From: a virus
IMG/VR virus record: IMGVR_UViG_3300005077_000565
Coordinates: 104,159 to 168,158 of that record
Length of the DNA: 64,000 bases
Strand: one strand, 5' to 3'
In this document: positions 1 through 9,882 of the stretch, piece after piece
How the letters are laid out: every line of letters starts with the position of its first letter
Numbering within the stretch: position 1 is the first letter of the stretch
The notes under the pieces: generated by a model
The model's database searches: none
What the model was told of the DNA's origin: nothing
The model's input: only the letters and a program-made list of their open reading frames with translations
Translations under genes and position numbers: made by a program

Positions 1-292
1 TGGTGGCATCATCTTCACTGTACAGTACCAAAATATCACGATGTATATAGTAGGGCCACTGCATGCCACGATCCAGACGTAACAGGTCGCCGGCGGTAAT
101 CTTTTGATCACGATCAATGACAAATTCGTAATGATCGAACTCCTGACGCATCAGCTGATGACCGAATTTAGTCAGGCGTAGACCCTGTCGTTGGTAATTG
201 TAGAATATTTGTCGTGGATGCTTGACTACAGCATCGCTGTAAGTTTGCAGTAGGTAATTGTAAATCTGATCATGAATCGAAATCTGATTCAT
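1..292 (-). CDS. hypothetical protein, partial (runs off the left edge)
   Basis: Not in the ORF track. Read by hand from ATG at 292: [16 protein letters not shown]...[10 protein letters not shown]...WPYYIH..., open to base 1. Confidence 0.7.
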   Translation of the reverse strand, partial: MNQISIHDQIYNYLLQTYSDAVVKHPRQIFYNYQRQGLRLTKFGHQLMRQEFDHYEFVIDRDQKITAGDLLRLDRGMQWPYYIHRDILVLYSEDDAT

Positions 293-572
293 TGATTTGT
301 TCACCCTGGGTTAATTTTACCACAGTAAAGTCGGAAGTTTTAAACATCTTATTTAGACGTTCAGCCAGGTTGAATGCGTGCCCAGGATTGGAGAAACTTA
401 CTTTTTTATATTTTGGGCCAGGATAATTTACCAGGTTGTTTAGGCTTCGTAAGTTTATTGGCTGATTCTGATAAAAAACTGCGTAGATGGCTTCGGCATT
501 TAACACCTGCTCACTACGATAAGTTTTACTGTTTGTTTGTTCGAGAATTATTGTTGGTTTAGGTCTCGCCAT
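270..572 (-). CDS. conserved phage hypothetical protein (MARPKP...[13 protein letters not shown])
   Basis: 100 aa ORF with AGGAG SD and TAAATA at 595-600 upstream. Confidence 0.75.
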   Translation of the reverse strand: MARPKPTIILEQTNSKTYRSEQVLNAEAIYAVFYQNQPINLRSLNNLVNYPGPKYKKVSFSNPGHAFNLAERLNKMFKTSDFTVVKLTQGEQINESDFDS

Positions 573-622
573 CCTGACTCCTGCTTGTTCTTAATATTTA
601 TTAAGAATGCAGTTTTTTAATG

Positions 623-955
623 TCAGGAACTTGGGCCGCGCCGGCCTTGAATTATCAGGTCACTACCGGTAACCAGGACACAGGTTCTACCGCTGGTTTT
701 TCCTGATACAGTTATAGTGTAGGTTTGACGCTTACTGTTGACCCACATCAGCATAGTGCCGGTAAATGTTTTTTTCTCCGAAGTCAACATCTCAGCTTCA
801 CCCATCATCATGGGTTCCTCGTCGTATTCCTGCTGAATTACATTAAATACTGCTTCGGTATCCCCACAGATCACGGTCTGTGAGTAATAGTCAGCTGCCT
901 GTGACGACACTGTTAGCATTGCCAATGCCACCAGTGTTGCTATCTTGAGTGTCAT
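623..955 (-). CDS. exported hypothetical protein
   Basis: N-terminal signal peptide (MTLKIATLVALAMLTVSSQA); two Cys. Confidence 0.65.
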   Translation of the reverse strand: MTLKIATLVALAMLTVSSQAADYYSQTVICGDTEAVFNVIQQEYDEEPMMMGEAEMLTSEKKTFTGTMLMWVNSKRQTYTITVSGKTSGRTCVLVTGSDLIIQGRRGPSS

Positions 956-1409
956 TACGTTTCCTTTTTATTGCCAGATTAACATCTGATTCAGTTTTGT
1001 ATGGACCAATAAATGGATACGTTTTTAATGTACGTACTCGTGGGCAGAATGCCGAGCTCCATTTAATACCGGGAAAAAATATAGCATAATGTCCCGCGGC
1101 ATAATACATTGAACTAGCTTCTGACTTGGTGTATACTGGTATATTATCATCAGTCCCGACATTGAACACCGATTCAGAATTTGCCGGATACCCTAGTACA
1201 TTGGCAAACACTGCTGGTGCTCTATTGGTATTTACAACAGTGAATGTTTTTTCAAAGGCCGCCTGATCGAGAATCTCTGAGGTTCCCTGAATTCTGTTAA
1301 AAAATTCAAACTCTCCGGAATCGTTGGATTTAATTGTACCGATTTTTTGACTGCCGGACTCTACTATCCAGAATTTACCGTTGATAATGGGACTGGCGGA
1401 ATATTTCAC
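891..1409 (-). CDS. hypothetical protein
   Basis: 172 aa ORF coupled to the upstream nuclease gene. Confidence 0.65.
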   Translation of the reverse strand: MKYSASPIINGKFWIVESGSQKIGTIKSNDSGEFEFFNRIQGTSEILDQAAFEKTFTVVNTNRAPAVFANVLGYPANSESVFNVGTDDNIPVYTKSEASSMYYAAGHYAIFFPGIKWSSAFCPRVRTLKTYPFIGPYKTESDVNLAIKRKRNDTQDSNTGGIGNANSVVTGS

Positions 1410-2401
1410 GATTTCACTGAGCTATATGCGGCATTCAGATAGGTGGCATGGTCATTGGATTGCTCACTGACTTTGATGAGGTTATGCTTACCACAGAACT
1501 TCATGAATTTAATTCCAACCTGCGCCACCGGTGGTCGTTGTACTTGTTCCAGGATAGCCTGGTCCAGAATACCCTTGATGTCGTCGGGCTGACACTTGAG
1601 ATCAATCAGCATGCGATTACGGTGATAGTCATCCAACACCCGATGTTCAACACCTTCGTGATCAGTCCAGCGTTGCAACATGAAGTTATTCCAGTTAAAT
1701 CCGCGTGTATCACGATCAGCAAAGGCCTCTCTCATACCTACACGATTTTTAGTGCCACGCTCACGTGCCCCAGGGAAGGCTGAGAATACATTATCCCCGC
1801 CGTCGCCACGAACACACTTTTCAAACAGCAGCCATTCAGGATCTTCAATCATCTTCTGTCCCCCAGTCTTTTTGTCCTTCACTGGGCGACCACGATCATC
1901 AAAAATGCCGGAAATTGTGATATGCTGATTCTGAATCCCATTATACTGCGATACATTCTCGTTAATCAGCTGATAGAAGTCACTGTCACTGCTGACAATT
2001 ACATGCTTGCTGTCAGGATGATTTTGAATCCATCGAGCAATAAAGTCATCGGCCTCGCATCGCGGATGTTGTAATACTGTGCAGTTAGTGCGCTCTTGTA
2101 TGAATTCCTTGAACTCATCAAATGCCGCCCAGAACGCACGATCCTCCTCGGCCTCGGATTCAGTCAGCGCCGCACGTGCCACAGCACGATTAGCTTTATA
2201 GGGCTCATAGACATCCTTGCGCCAACTACGACCTTCAAGGCAGACCACAACATGACTACCATTAAAATCACGCCAGGCCTTATTGATACTGCTGAACATA
2301 ATGTGTAGCGCCATGCCAATTTTAGTATCAATGTCGTCTCCACGCACTACATAGCGTGCACGAAAAAACATGTTGGCGGCATCAACTAGAATGTAACTCA
2401 T
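1406..2401 (-). CDS. rnh: T4 RNase H-like 5'-3' exonuclease (FEN family)
   Basis: ILVD..N, YKANR, EADD, VSSDSDFYQL and GDGGDNV motifs. Confidence 0.9.
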   Translation of the reverse strand: MSYILVDAANMFFRARYVVRGDDIDTKIGMALHIMFSSINKAWRDFNGSHVVVCLEGRSWRKDVYEPYKANRAVARAALTESEAEEDRAFWAAFDEFKEFIQERTNCTVLQHPRCEADDFIARWIQNHPDSKHVIVSSDSDFYQLINENVSQYNGIQNQHITISGIFDDRGRPVKDKKTGGQKMIEDPEWLLFEKCVRGDGGDNVFSAFPGARERGTKNRVGMREAFADRDTRGFNWNNFMLQRWTDHEGVEHRVLDDYHRNRMLIDLKCQPDDIKGILDQAILEQVQRPPVAQVGIKFMKFCGKHNLIKVSEQSNDHATYLNAAYSSVKS

Positions 2402-2410
2402 CGGGATATA

Positions 2411-2704
2411 TTATTCAATGTTATTGTTGCCATATTCGTCAGTGACGATACCACGGCACAAATCGTTAAACCATTGGTCGACAACATCTTCGGGGTTTCG
2501 ACCGCTATAACCGGCATTATACAACATTTCGACAAATTTGTCATTCCAGTCAAGTTCAAAGAATCCTGAGCTAGGATCACGTGGGTCTGCCATGTGCACA
2601 TTGATAACCTTAACCCAGGGCTGCTCTTCAATGGTAGCCAGTTCTTTTTCCAGCGCCGCGTCCTTGAGCCGTGCTCTTGCAAAAAGCTTCTTGATAAATT
2701 TCAT
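2411..2704 (-). CDS. conserved phage hypothetical protein (GFFELDWN...VDQWF)
   Basis: 97 aa ORF in a tight operon. Confidence 0.7.
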   Translation of the reverse strand: MKFIKKLFARARLKDAALEKELATIEEQPWVKVINVHMADPRDPSSGFFELDWNDKFVEMLYNAGYSGRNPEDVVDQWFNDLCRGIVTDEYGNNNIE

Positions 2705-2706
2705 TT

Positions 2707-2946
2707 TTAAGGTTCAATCCACAGTTCTTCGTCATATTTGACTGTCTGTGTTAGATATTTAATTTTAAACGGGGAACTACTAGTAGTACCGCCTTCACCG
2801 CGCTCGAGAGAAAATCTAACTCCCTCAGACTGCAATTGTGCATCCAGGGAATTTAATTCTTTAACTAAATTACCTAGATTGGTCACCAACTCAACTACTT
2901 TTGGATCTTTCATTTTATACTCCTTGATTATTTCTTCAGTTGCCAT
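2707..2946 (-). CDS. hypothetical protein
   Basis: 79 aa ORF, operon packing. Confidence 0.55.
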   Translation of the reverse strand: MATEEIIKEYKMKDPKVVELVTNLGNLVKELNSLDAQLQSEGVRFSLERGEGGTTSSSPFKIKYLTQTVKYDEELWIEP

Positions 2947-3191
2947 ATTACAAACTCATCTCGATCAATCCAGTAATGCTTTACTACAGGTTCTCCGGGA
3001 CCAGTAATCCAACACTCACCGTGATAGGCCAGTCGGCCCCACAGTGTTTTTCCTGTTAAGTAACACTGTTTAGGAAGCCAGCAGAATTTTAACCTCCACC
3101 ATTTTGCTCGATTCAGTCCCCAATCTTCTGACGGTGGACTACATTGTACATCACTTTCGAATGAGTTATCTAGTGGCATCATGTGCCCCAT
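2928..3191 (-). CDS. hypothetical protein
   Basis: Trp-rich 87 aa ORF overlapping the queE stop. Confidence 0.55.
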   Translation of the reverse strand: MGHMMPLDNSFESDVQCSPPSEDWGLNRAKWWRLKFCWLPKQCYLTGKTLWGRLAYHGECWITGPGEPVVKHYWIDRDEFVIWQLKK

Positions 3192-4060
3192 GCATTCTTA
3201 TACAAAGGTACCTGAAGTCTATCGCTGTAGCGTAGTCCGTACTTAGTGGCAAGTTCGGCCACCTGACGATTGTTCATTGAGTAAACACTTTCAACACCGC
3301 CCACGGGCATAAGATATACAGGACCAGTAAAACCATTGGCGCGATAGACATCCACCGCCGCCAGTGCTTCTTCGGCATCCTGTGCTGTGGCAATTACAAA
3401 CTTCAAATATGTATAACCATATTCTTCATATTCACAGACTACATCGGGTTGAATTGCTTCGTGTTGTGCTTCACCACTGCAACTGAGCTTGGCACTGACA
3501 CTGAAAGTAATACTGTTCACGCCACGTCCCAGGTCAATACCGCCATTATGGTGCCACTCACGATGAATCCAAGTTTTGAAATCATCTGTGAGCTGTTGCG
3601 TGCCATTGGTTTCAAATGTTAGTTCTTTTAGACTACGCATTTTAGGATGCTCGAGTAATTCAGGATACGCACGTTGCCAACCTAACAGTGGTTCACCACC
3701 AGTGATAACCAAGTGCTCGTCTCGCCATTCTTTGTAGGGCAATGTTTCGACAATCTGCTCGGCTAGATCAGCAGTGTCAATCATTGGGCTCAGGTCCTTA
3801 AATTCAGGATAGACTGCCGCATAACTGTCACAACCAGTGGTGACCAGAGGTAATTCATTGTAGTTGTTGTATTTTTCGATATTATTAATAACCGCCAGCA
3901 CTTCGGGATTATGCGACTCGCCAGCAGGAACATCGCTACGCCCAAATCCACGACATCTAAAGTTACAACCAAAAGTGCGCAGGAATACGCTGGGAACACC
4001 CATGTAGCGTCCCTCACCCTGGATTGAATAAAATAATTCTGAAACTTTAATTTTGCTCAT
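3179..4060 (-). CDS. queE: 7-carboxy-7-deazaguanine synthase (QueE-type radical SAM)
   Basis: ELFYSIQGEG, VFLRTFGCNFRC...GCDS, VITGGEP, FETNGT, RLQ motifs. Start adjusted to MSKIKVSE at 4060. Confidence 0.85.
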   Translation of the reverse strand: MSKIKVSELFYSIQGEGRYMGVPSVFLRTFGCNFRCRGFGRSDVPAGESHNPEVLAVINNIEKYNNYNELPLVTTGCDSYAAVYPEFKDLSPMIDTADLAEQIVETLPYKEWRDEHLVITGGEPLLGWQRAYPELLEHPKMRSLKELTFETNGTQQLTDDFKTWIHREWHHNGGIDLGRGVNSITFSVSAKLSCSGEAQHEAIQPDVVCEYEEYGYTYLKFVIATAQDAEEALAAVDVYRANGFTGPVYLMPVGGVESVYSMNNRQVAELATKYGLRYSDRLQVPLYKNAWGT

Positions 4061-4100
4061 GATAAATTGTTGTGTTGCAAATCTTGACAATAATAGATTT

Positions 4101-4129
4101 ATTGTACTACAGGTGATATTTTATGTCAA
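4101..4129 (-). promoter_or_regulatory. sigma70-type promoter for queE
   Basis: TTGACA-N17-TACAAT on the minus strand. Confidence 0.75.
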
Positions 4130-4131
4130 AA

Positions 4132-4317
4132 TTATTTTTTCTTGATCAGAGACCAAGTACCGTCCTGATTGTCATTCCACTCAATGACATCACCGACATC
4201 CCAGCCGGCAATTTGTAGTGCTTCGTCAGGGATCTGTAAAAATAACTCACCAGACTCTGGATCTTCTTGTACATCAATAGTCCAGTGTTTTGAGTCCTGT
4301 GATTTTAAATTACTCAT
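4132..4317 (-). CDS. AbrB/MazE-like small protein
   Basis: LQIPDEALQIAGWDVGDVIEW pattern. Start adjusted to MSNLK at 4317. Confidence 0.6.
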   Translation of the reverse strand: MSNLKSQDSKHWTIDVQEDPESGELFLQIPDEALQIAGWDVGDVIEWNDNQDGTWSLIKKK

Positions 4318-4732
4318 TATTTTTCCTTCGATCTGCAACACGGTTGCGCAGATCACCGGAACTAAAACGATGATCACGCTTGTTGAAATATAAATCAATG
4401 TCGCGTTTACGGCAGATATCTTTGCCAGTAAAATCCTTGTCACGATATTCTTCACCTAGAATCCTGACATCTATATGATACATACTGAGAATGTCCTCTA
4501 GGTCCTGCTCGGTGACATAGGGGATAATTTCGTCAACGTACCCCACGGCCTTGAGTTGTGTGTAGCGCTCGACTATAGTTTGTATAGGAGAATTTTTAGA
4601 CGGGCGATCTATACTGGGGTCTACTTGTAGCCCGCAAATTAAATAATCGCATTGACTCTTGGCATCGCGCAACATTTGTACGTGCCCGGCATGCAAGAGG
4701 TCAAAAGCAGAGCAGGTAAAACCAACCTTCAT
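4310..4732 (-). CDS. cytidylyltransferase-family nucleotidyltransferase (TagD/RfaE-like)
   Basis: AFDLLHAGH (HxGH), ER and RFSS motifs. Confidence 0.85.
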   Translation of the reverse strand: MKVGFTCSAFDLLHAGHVQMLRDAKSQCDYLICGLQVDPSIDRPSKNSPIQTIVERYTQLKAVGYVDEIIPYVTEQDLEDILSMYHIDVRILGEEYRDKDFTGKDICRKRDIDLYFNKRDHRFSSGDLRNRVADRRKNNE

Positions 4733-4968
4733 TTATTTCCCTCGATGATTTTTAATAATTTTAAATTTAGAACAAAGTTTTCCACCAACAGATGTGTAAT
4801 TACTGCTTTGAGTACAGTGATATCTTCGTCCATTTCAATTACGTGCCCGGCCATCAATTGGTATGCAGTGTGTTCGTCGACTGCAAGATCAGCCCAGTCT
4901 ATAGGGTCAGCACGTTCAGACTCTAGAGCTAGTTCTACGATGTCATTGACTGTGGGTTTACCATTCAT
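4729..4968 (-). CDS. hypothetical protein
   Basis: DPIDW...LLVENFVLNLKL. Start adjusted to MNGKP. Confidence 0.6.
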   Translation of the reverse strand: MNGKPTVNDIVELALESERADPIDWADLAVDEHTAYQLMAGHVIEMDEDITVLKAVITHLLVENFVLNLKLLKIIEGNK

Positions 4969-6304
4969 ACCAAAACTCCTTAAATTCCGGGCATGCTTCA
5001 AGTATACTGGTTTTCCTTACAGCGTCAAGAGCACCAACATGTCGCCGCGCCAGTTTTCTAAGTTCAACTACATTGTCGGGCTCGGGCTCCTGTAGTGTAC
5101 GTTCAATGATCGACCATTGACTGGGCCAGCCAGCCCGCCCGGATCGATCTCCACCCTGTGTATATTTTTCATGATTTGGCAACGAGAAAATATAAGAACG
5201 CAAAGATTCCAGCAGTGCTAGGCGATATTCCATTGGCAGTACCTTGACTTGGAAATGCTCGGGCATTCTTAATATGCTTGACATTGTAATATGACCGGGT
5301 ATCCCTGTAGATTCAAACCACTCAATTAGTTCAGCAAGTCCTGCCACCGTATACATACTGACTGTGGCATTTATGTTTAGGCCAATGTTTGGCTTCACTG
5401 TGCTGATGTAATGTTTTATTTGTTCTATATTTGCGTGAATGTTCGCCCAACGTGTGCCGTTTCTGGCCCATTCGGCCCGAGCACCAGTGCAGTCTATACT
5501 GGCACCAATGCCGATATAATTAAATTTAGACCAGTATTGATTCAATATATCAATGTTTTGATAATTTAATTTCAGCAAATTAGTATTGTAGGACAACATA
5601 CAATCAAATCTCTGATGCTCTGCTAGCAGATCCAAAATTTCGTAATGCAGGCGACTGATCATTGGTTCGCCGCCGGCAAAATATATTTCCTGAATAGTTT
5701 CTATATTATCTAACACTGACTGTCTGATATTCACTAACCCCTGATCTGAAACATTTAACACAGCACCGTCAGTATTTGCCGCCTTTATCGGTGCCACTGG
5801 ATAATCCCGCTTAAACCCAAAATTATCAAGAGCTTCCTGTTGTATCATGCTACTATATCCCGGAGAGCACATCACACATTTCATATTGCATAGATTCGTG
5901 TTGCGTACATCCCAGTATATCAGCGGTGTGTCTATAGAGACTGCACCAGTCTCATCATAGTCCAGTGATACTAGACTGCTGGAGAATTTTTCATTGGTCT
6001 GCATTCGATAACTACTGCCAATTTGTCGCTCCATGTCCCAGCATGTTTTACAGATTGAATTTTCAACACCGGAAATCATGTCGCGTCTTAGTGACTTCCA
6101 GACGCCACTGTTCCTGGCTGATATAATATTGTTTTTGTTGATGTTTATAGATTCTAAATCATCACTGTCTAGTTTATACCGATTATCGAATACTACACCT
6201 GCAGTATGGCAACAGGGTAAAAATTCACCGCCAGGCAGAACATGCGCACCCTGCCAGGCACGCACACATATTTTATTATTTCCAGGTAGCTTGTCGTACT
6301 GCAT
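4958..6304 (-). CDS. radical SAM protein with N-terminal Twitch/SPASM-like Cys cluster
   Basis: NLCNMKCVMC (CxxxCxxC), FAGGEP, N-terminal C..PCC..CKTC. Confidence 0.85.
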   Translation of the reverse strand: MQYDKLPGNNKICVRAWQGAHVLPGGEFLPCCHTAGVVFDNRYKLDSDDLESININKNNIISARNSGVWKSLRRDMISGVENSICKTCWDMERQIGSSYRMQTNEKFSSSLVSLDYDETGAVSIDTPLIYWDVRNTNLCNMKCVMCSPGYSSMIQQEALDNFGFKRDYPVAPIKAANTDGAVLNVSDQGLVNIRQSVLDNIETIQEIYFAGGEPMISRLHYEILDLLAEHQRFDCMLSYNTNLLKLNYQNIDILNQYWSKFNYIGIGASIDCTGARAEWARNGTRWANIHANIEQIKHYISTVKPNIGLNINATVSMYTVAGLAELIEWFESTGIPGHITMSSILRMPEHFQVKVLPMEYRLALLESLRSYIFSLPNHEKYTQGGDRSGRAGWPSQWSIIERTLQEPEPDNVVELRKLARRHVGALDAVRKTSILEACPEFKEFWYEW

Positions 6305-7668
6305 CACCAAGTATCCCAGAACTCATTGAATTCCGGACATGCTTTGAGAATACTAGTGTTTCTCATGGAATCCAGTGATGTTATGTACATTTTAGCACGT
6401 GCACGCAATTCTGAAACATTATCAGGTTCTGGTGATTCCATTATCTTACGTAACAAATCCCACTGATCCGGCCATTTAGTTGCAGTATTAGTCTTGCCAC
6501 TACTGGTATATCTGCGTTTGCGTTCTGGTTCCAGTGTTACAATAAAGCTATCTAACTCGTGCATTAGTCGACGTCGATATTCCAGTGGTAATACAGTGAT
6601 CTGATAAAAATTAGGAAACTGCAAGAAGTTGGTAATTGTTACATTACCATTAAACTGATGAGTTTCGCACCATTCGATGAGTTGTCGTAGTCCCGCAACA
6701 GTGTACATACTTAGCGTTACGTTTAACCCCATGTCAATACCGTTGTTTCCTGAATTCACTGCCTGCATAATTCTAGTAACATTTCGATCAATAACATCCC
6801 ACTTGGTGCCGGCTCTGGCCCACTCAGCACGAGCTCCAACTGCATCTAGACTACCACGTAGTATAATTTTATCGAATTTGTTCCAATATTCAGTGATCAC
6901 ATCCTTGCCAAATTGATTTAGCTTTAATAAGTTGCTAGTATAAGTAAGTCTACAATCAGTTCTATTGGCGGCCAGCAATATATCCAATATGTCGTAGTGT
7001 GTCTGATTGATCAATGGCTCACCACCGGCGAAATATATTTCTTTAGTGATATCGACATTTTTCTTTAAATGTGTGATAATTTCGTTTTTTCCGAAATCAC
7101 CAATATCGATTACTGCAGATATATTACCCCTAGTATCTGGATACGGGGGTTTGAAGTAATTAATTTTGTTTTCTTTATGTGCTTCTATAGTTTCTTGACA
7201 AAGCAAACTACTATAACCAGGTGAACACATAATACACTTCATATTACATAGGTTAGTGTCTCGTATATCCCAGTAGGAAATTTCATCAGTGTCTAGGGTA
7301 CCGTCTGCATGATAATCAATTTCGTGCACAGTTTCTGAATGTTCAAAATTCGCCTGAATTCGATGACTGCCACCATGGGAATTTTCTAGATCCCAGCAGG
7401 ACTTACAAATTGGATTTTGAACTCCATTAATTAAATCTTTTCTAAGTTGTTGCCAGACGTTGTGGTTTCTAATAGATGTAAGGTTGTTCTTGGATATGTT
7501 TATTTCATCCTGAACTTGTCTAGTAGTCAGTTCCTGACTCATTGATTTTACATGTATTGCTGAACTAGTAAAGCAACAGGGTAGTACATGCCCGTCGGGT
7601 ACTATATGCGCACCTCGCCAGGCCCGGACGCAGATTTTATTATTTTTCGGTAATTCTGAATATTTCAT
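6304..7668 (-). CDS. radical SAM protein, tandem paralogue
   Basis: NLCNMKCIMC, FAGGEP, N-terminal PCC/CKSC; clearly similar to its neighbour. Confidence 0.85.
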   Translation of the reverse strand: MKYSELPKNNKICVRAWRGAHIVPDGHVLPCCFTSSAIHVKSMSQELTTRQVQDEINISKNNLTSIRNHNVWQQLRKDLINGVQNPICKSCWDLENSHGGSHRIQANFEHSETVHEIDYHADGTLDTDEISYWDIRDTNLCNMKCIMCSPGYSSLLCQETIEAHKENKINYFKPPYPDTRGNISAVIDIGDFGKNEIITHLKKNVDITKEIYFAGGEPLINQTHYDILDILLAANRTDCRLTYTSNLLKLNQFGKDVITEYWNKFDKIILRGSLDAVGARAEWARAGTKWDVIDRNVTRIMQAVNSGNNGIDMGLNVTLSMYTVAGLRQLIEWCETHQFNGNVTITNFLQFPNFYQITVLPLEYRRRLMHELDSFIVTLEPERKRRYTSSGKTNTATKWPDQWDLLRKIMESPEPDNVSELRARAKMYITSLDSMRNTSILKACPEFNEFWDTW

Positions 7669-8243
7669 TTTGGGCTCCAATGTACATTGCATCTGGGTTC
7701 GTATACGCCAGTACTACCCACAAGCAGCCGATCCCCGACTTCGGAAACTCGATAAGTTTTTGTGGCATCTCGGCCGCATACTGTACAAACTGCTTTAATT
7801 TTTTCAACAGTGTCGGCCAGGCCCATGAGTAGTGATGTCGTTTCAAAAGGTTCGCCTCGACTATCCTGATCTAAGCCGCCGACAACTACGTTTACGCCGG
7901 AGTTTAGCCATTGTGTTATGTGCCTGACAGTCTCATGAGTATCTAAAAATTGAACCTCATCAAGAAACACCGTGTGATAGTTATAGGGCATGATCTTGTA
8001 TTTCTCATCGATCTCTTTAAAAGAAGTAAAGCTCACTGATGGATAACTTAGTTTATTGTGGGTTACAATGTGATCTTCACTGTATCGATCGTCACGTGCT
8101 GGTTTTAATACCAGCACACGCTGACGCTGGTGATCCAACCAGAGTACACGTTTCAGCAGGCTACTAGTTTTACCGGCGTACATGGGTCCACAGTATACTT
8201 CTAGTGTTCCGCGAACGACTTCGTATTTTTTATTTTCTGCCAT
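7665..8243 (-). CDS. tdk: thymidine kinase
   Basis: GPMYAGKT P-loop, DEVQF, Zn-binding CTVC...RC. Confidence 0.92.
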   Translation of the reverse strand: MAENKKYEVVRGTLEVYCGPMYAGKTSSLLKRVLWLDHQRQRVLVLKPARDDRYSEDHIVTHNKLSYPSVSFTSFKEIDEKYKIMPYNYHTVFLDEVQFLDTHETVRHITQWLNSGVNVVVGGLDQDSRGEPFETTSLLMGLADTVEKIKAVCTVCGRDATKTYRVSEVGDRLLVGSTGVYEPRCNVHWSPK

Positions 8244-8248
8244 ATATT

Positions 8249-8271
8249 AAAAAGGCCAGACGAATCTGGCC
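8249..8271 (-). terminator. intrinsic terminator after yhhQ
   Basis: GGCCAGA-TTCG-TCTGGCC-TTTTT. Confidence 0.75.
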
Positions 8272-8296
8272 CTGCGTGTTTACGATTTAACTAATA

Positions 8297-8905
8297 TTAA
8301 TCGTTAAGTTTGCCATGTATGTATTTAAGCAAAACACCGTAGGCTGGCAGGAAGAATACTAGACCAACTACGATCTTAAGCACAGTCTGTGAACCTGCGA
8401 TCTCCATCCAGTGTTCAGCCATGTAAGGATCTGCAGAATTCTGGAATGCCACAGCAAAGAATGTATAGCTGTCAATGACGTTGGCTACAATAGTGCTCAG
8501 TGCAGGAGCAGCCCACCATTGTTGCGTCCAGCGTTCACGAATGTACTGGAATACGTATACGTCCAACAGTGTACCAATCAGGTAGGCAGTTGCTGAAGCA
8601 AAGCCAATGCGCAGTGCTACACTAGAGGGAGCGCCTTCCAGCAATACCACTAAAATACTTGTTAGGATGGCAAAGGGATAGGCGGCCGCAATAGTGGCAC
8701 GAGCAATGCTCTTGCCAATTAAACGCACAGTGAGGTCAGTGGCCAGGATCACCAATGGGAATGTAAAAGCAGCCCAGGTTAACTTAACGCCCATGATTTC
8801 TACAGGGATACTAACAAGTGCGTTGGAAATTGTGATGATCACAACATGCAACAATGCTAGTTTGAGCATCATTGCTCGATCGATATCTTTAAATAATGAA
8901 AACAT
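8297..8905 (-). CDS. yhhQ: queuosine precursor transporter (YhhQ/VUT family)
   Basis: About 6 TM segments; ISNALV, TWAAFTFP..LATDLTVR, LDVYVF, IDSYTFF. Confidence 0.88.
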   Translation of the reverse strand: MFSLFKDIDRAMMLKLALLHVVIITISNALVSIPVEIMGVKLTWAAFTFPLVILATDLTVRLIGKSIARATIAAAYPFAILTSILVVLLEGAPSSVALRIGFASATAYLIGTLLDVYVFQYIRERWTQQWWAAPALSTIVANVIDSYTFFAVAFQNSADPYMAEHWMEIAGSQTVLKIVVGLVFFLPAYGVLLKYIHGKLND

Positions 8906-8920
8906 TTTTTTCTCCTTGAA

Positions 8921-9151
8921 TTATTTTTTCTTTTTACTGACAGTGGATTTAGTTTTGGGTTTGACTGGTGTCACATACACTGCGTTTTGCATGGCCAGCT
9001 GTACATCTTTTAATAGCTGCGCATCATCCCAGACTAGCTCAGTACGTCCGTTTTCGTAAGTCTTCACTGTTAGGTGAGAGCCCTGAACTACTTTGGGCCA
9101 GTCACCACTGTCGGCAGTTATTGTCACAGATTTCTTTTTACTAGTTGCCAT
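8921..9151 (-). CDS. hypothetical protein
   Basis: 76 aa basic ORF. Confidence 0.65.
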   Translation of the reverse strand: MATSKKKSVTITADSGDWPKVVQGSHLTVKTYENGRTELVWDDAQLLKDVQLAMQNAVYVTPVKPKTKSTVSKKKK

Positions 9152-9156
9152 TGTTA

Positions 9157-9861
9157 TTACCTCGGAGCAAATTCTTGTTGCATTTTAATATTGTCGAAGA
9201 ATTCTTTCTTCGTACCGGCATCGGAATAAAAGCTACCCTTGAGCACAGTGGTCTGAGTCAAACTACTATGTGCCATGATACCACGATTCTCGCAACACCC
9301 ATGGGTGGCCTGAATATAGACACCTAGGTTTTTTGCCCCGGTCGCACGCTCAATTTCTCGAGCAATATCGTTGGCTAATTCTTCCTGCAGAGTTCCTCGA
9401 CGTGCACACCACTGTGCGATACGTGTATACTTGCTCAGTCCAATAAGTTTATCAGCGGCAATAATACCAATATAGGCAACACCATTAACGGGCTGGTGAT
9501 GATGGCTACACATACTGCGAATTTCACTGCGAACAACTAACATACCCTCGTACCGATCAGTGGAATCGTTTGGAAATGCCGTTGCACTGGGAGCAGGATC
9601 ATAGCGTCCACTCATGATCTCGTTAAAATACATCTTGGCCAAACGGCGTGCTGTACCGTGACTGTTGGGATCATTTTCTCGATCAATCAGGAGATGATCC
9701 AGTACTAGTTCGAACGCACCAGTGGCTTCATCAATGAGTTTGTGTTTGATGTCCGGTGTGATGTATTCGCTGATGTTATCACCGGCCCAGAATCGTTTGT
9801 TATCCTGCTTCATGCGCTCACGAATCGCCTGAGCTAGGTTTTTTTCGGAAGTATTTCCCAT
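9157..9861 (-). CDS. folE: GTP cyclohydrolase I
   Basis: SMCSHH, GLSKYTR, LQEEL, HGCCENRG. Confidence 0.95.
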   Translation of the reverse strand: MGNTSEKNLAQAIRERMKQDNKRFWAGDNISEYITPDIKHKLIDEATGAFELVLDHLLIDRENDPNSHGTARRLAKMYFNEIMSGRYDPAPSATAFPNDSTDRYEGMLVVRSEIRSMCSHHHQPVNGVAYIGIIAADKLIGLSKYTRIAQWCARRGTLQEELANDIAREIERATGAKNLGVYIQATHGCCENRGIMAHSSLTQTTVLKGSFYSDAGTKKEFFDNIKMQQEFAPR

Positions 9862-9882
9862 GCACTAAGTTCCTTTTTAGTT

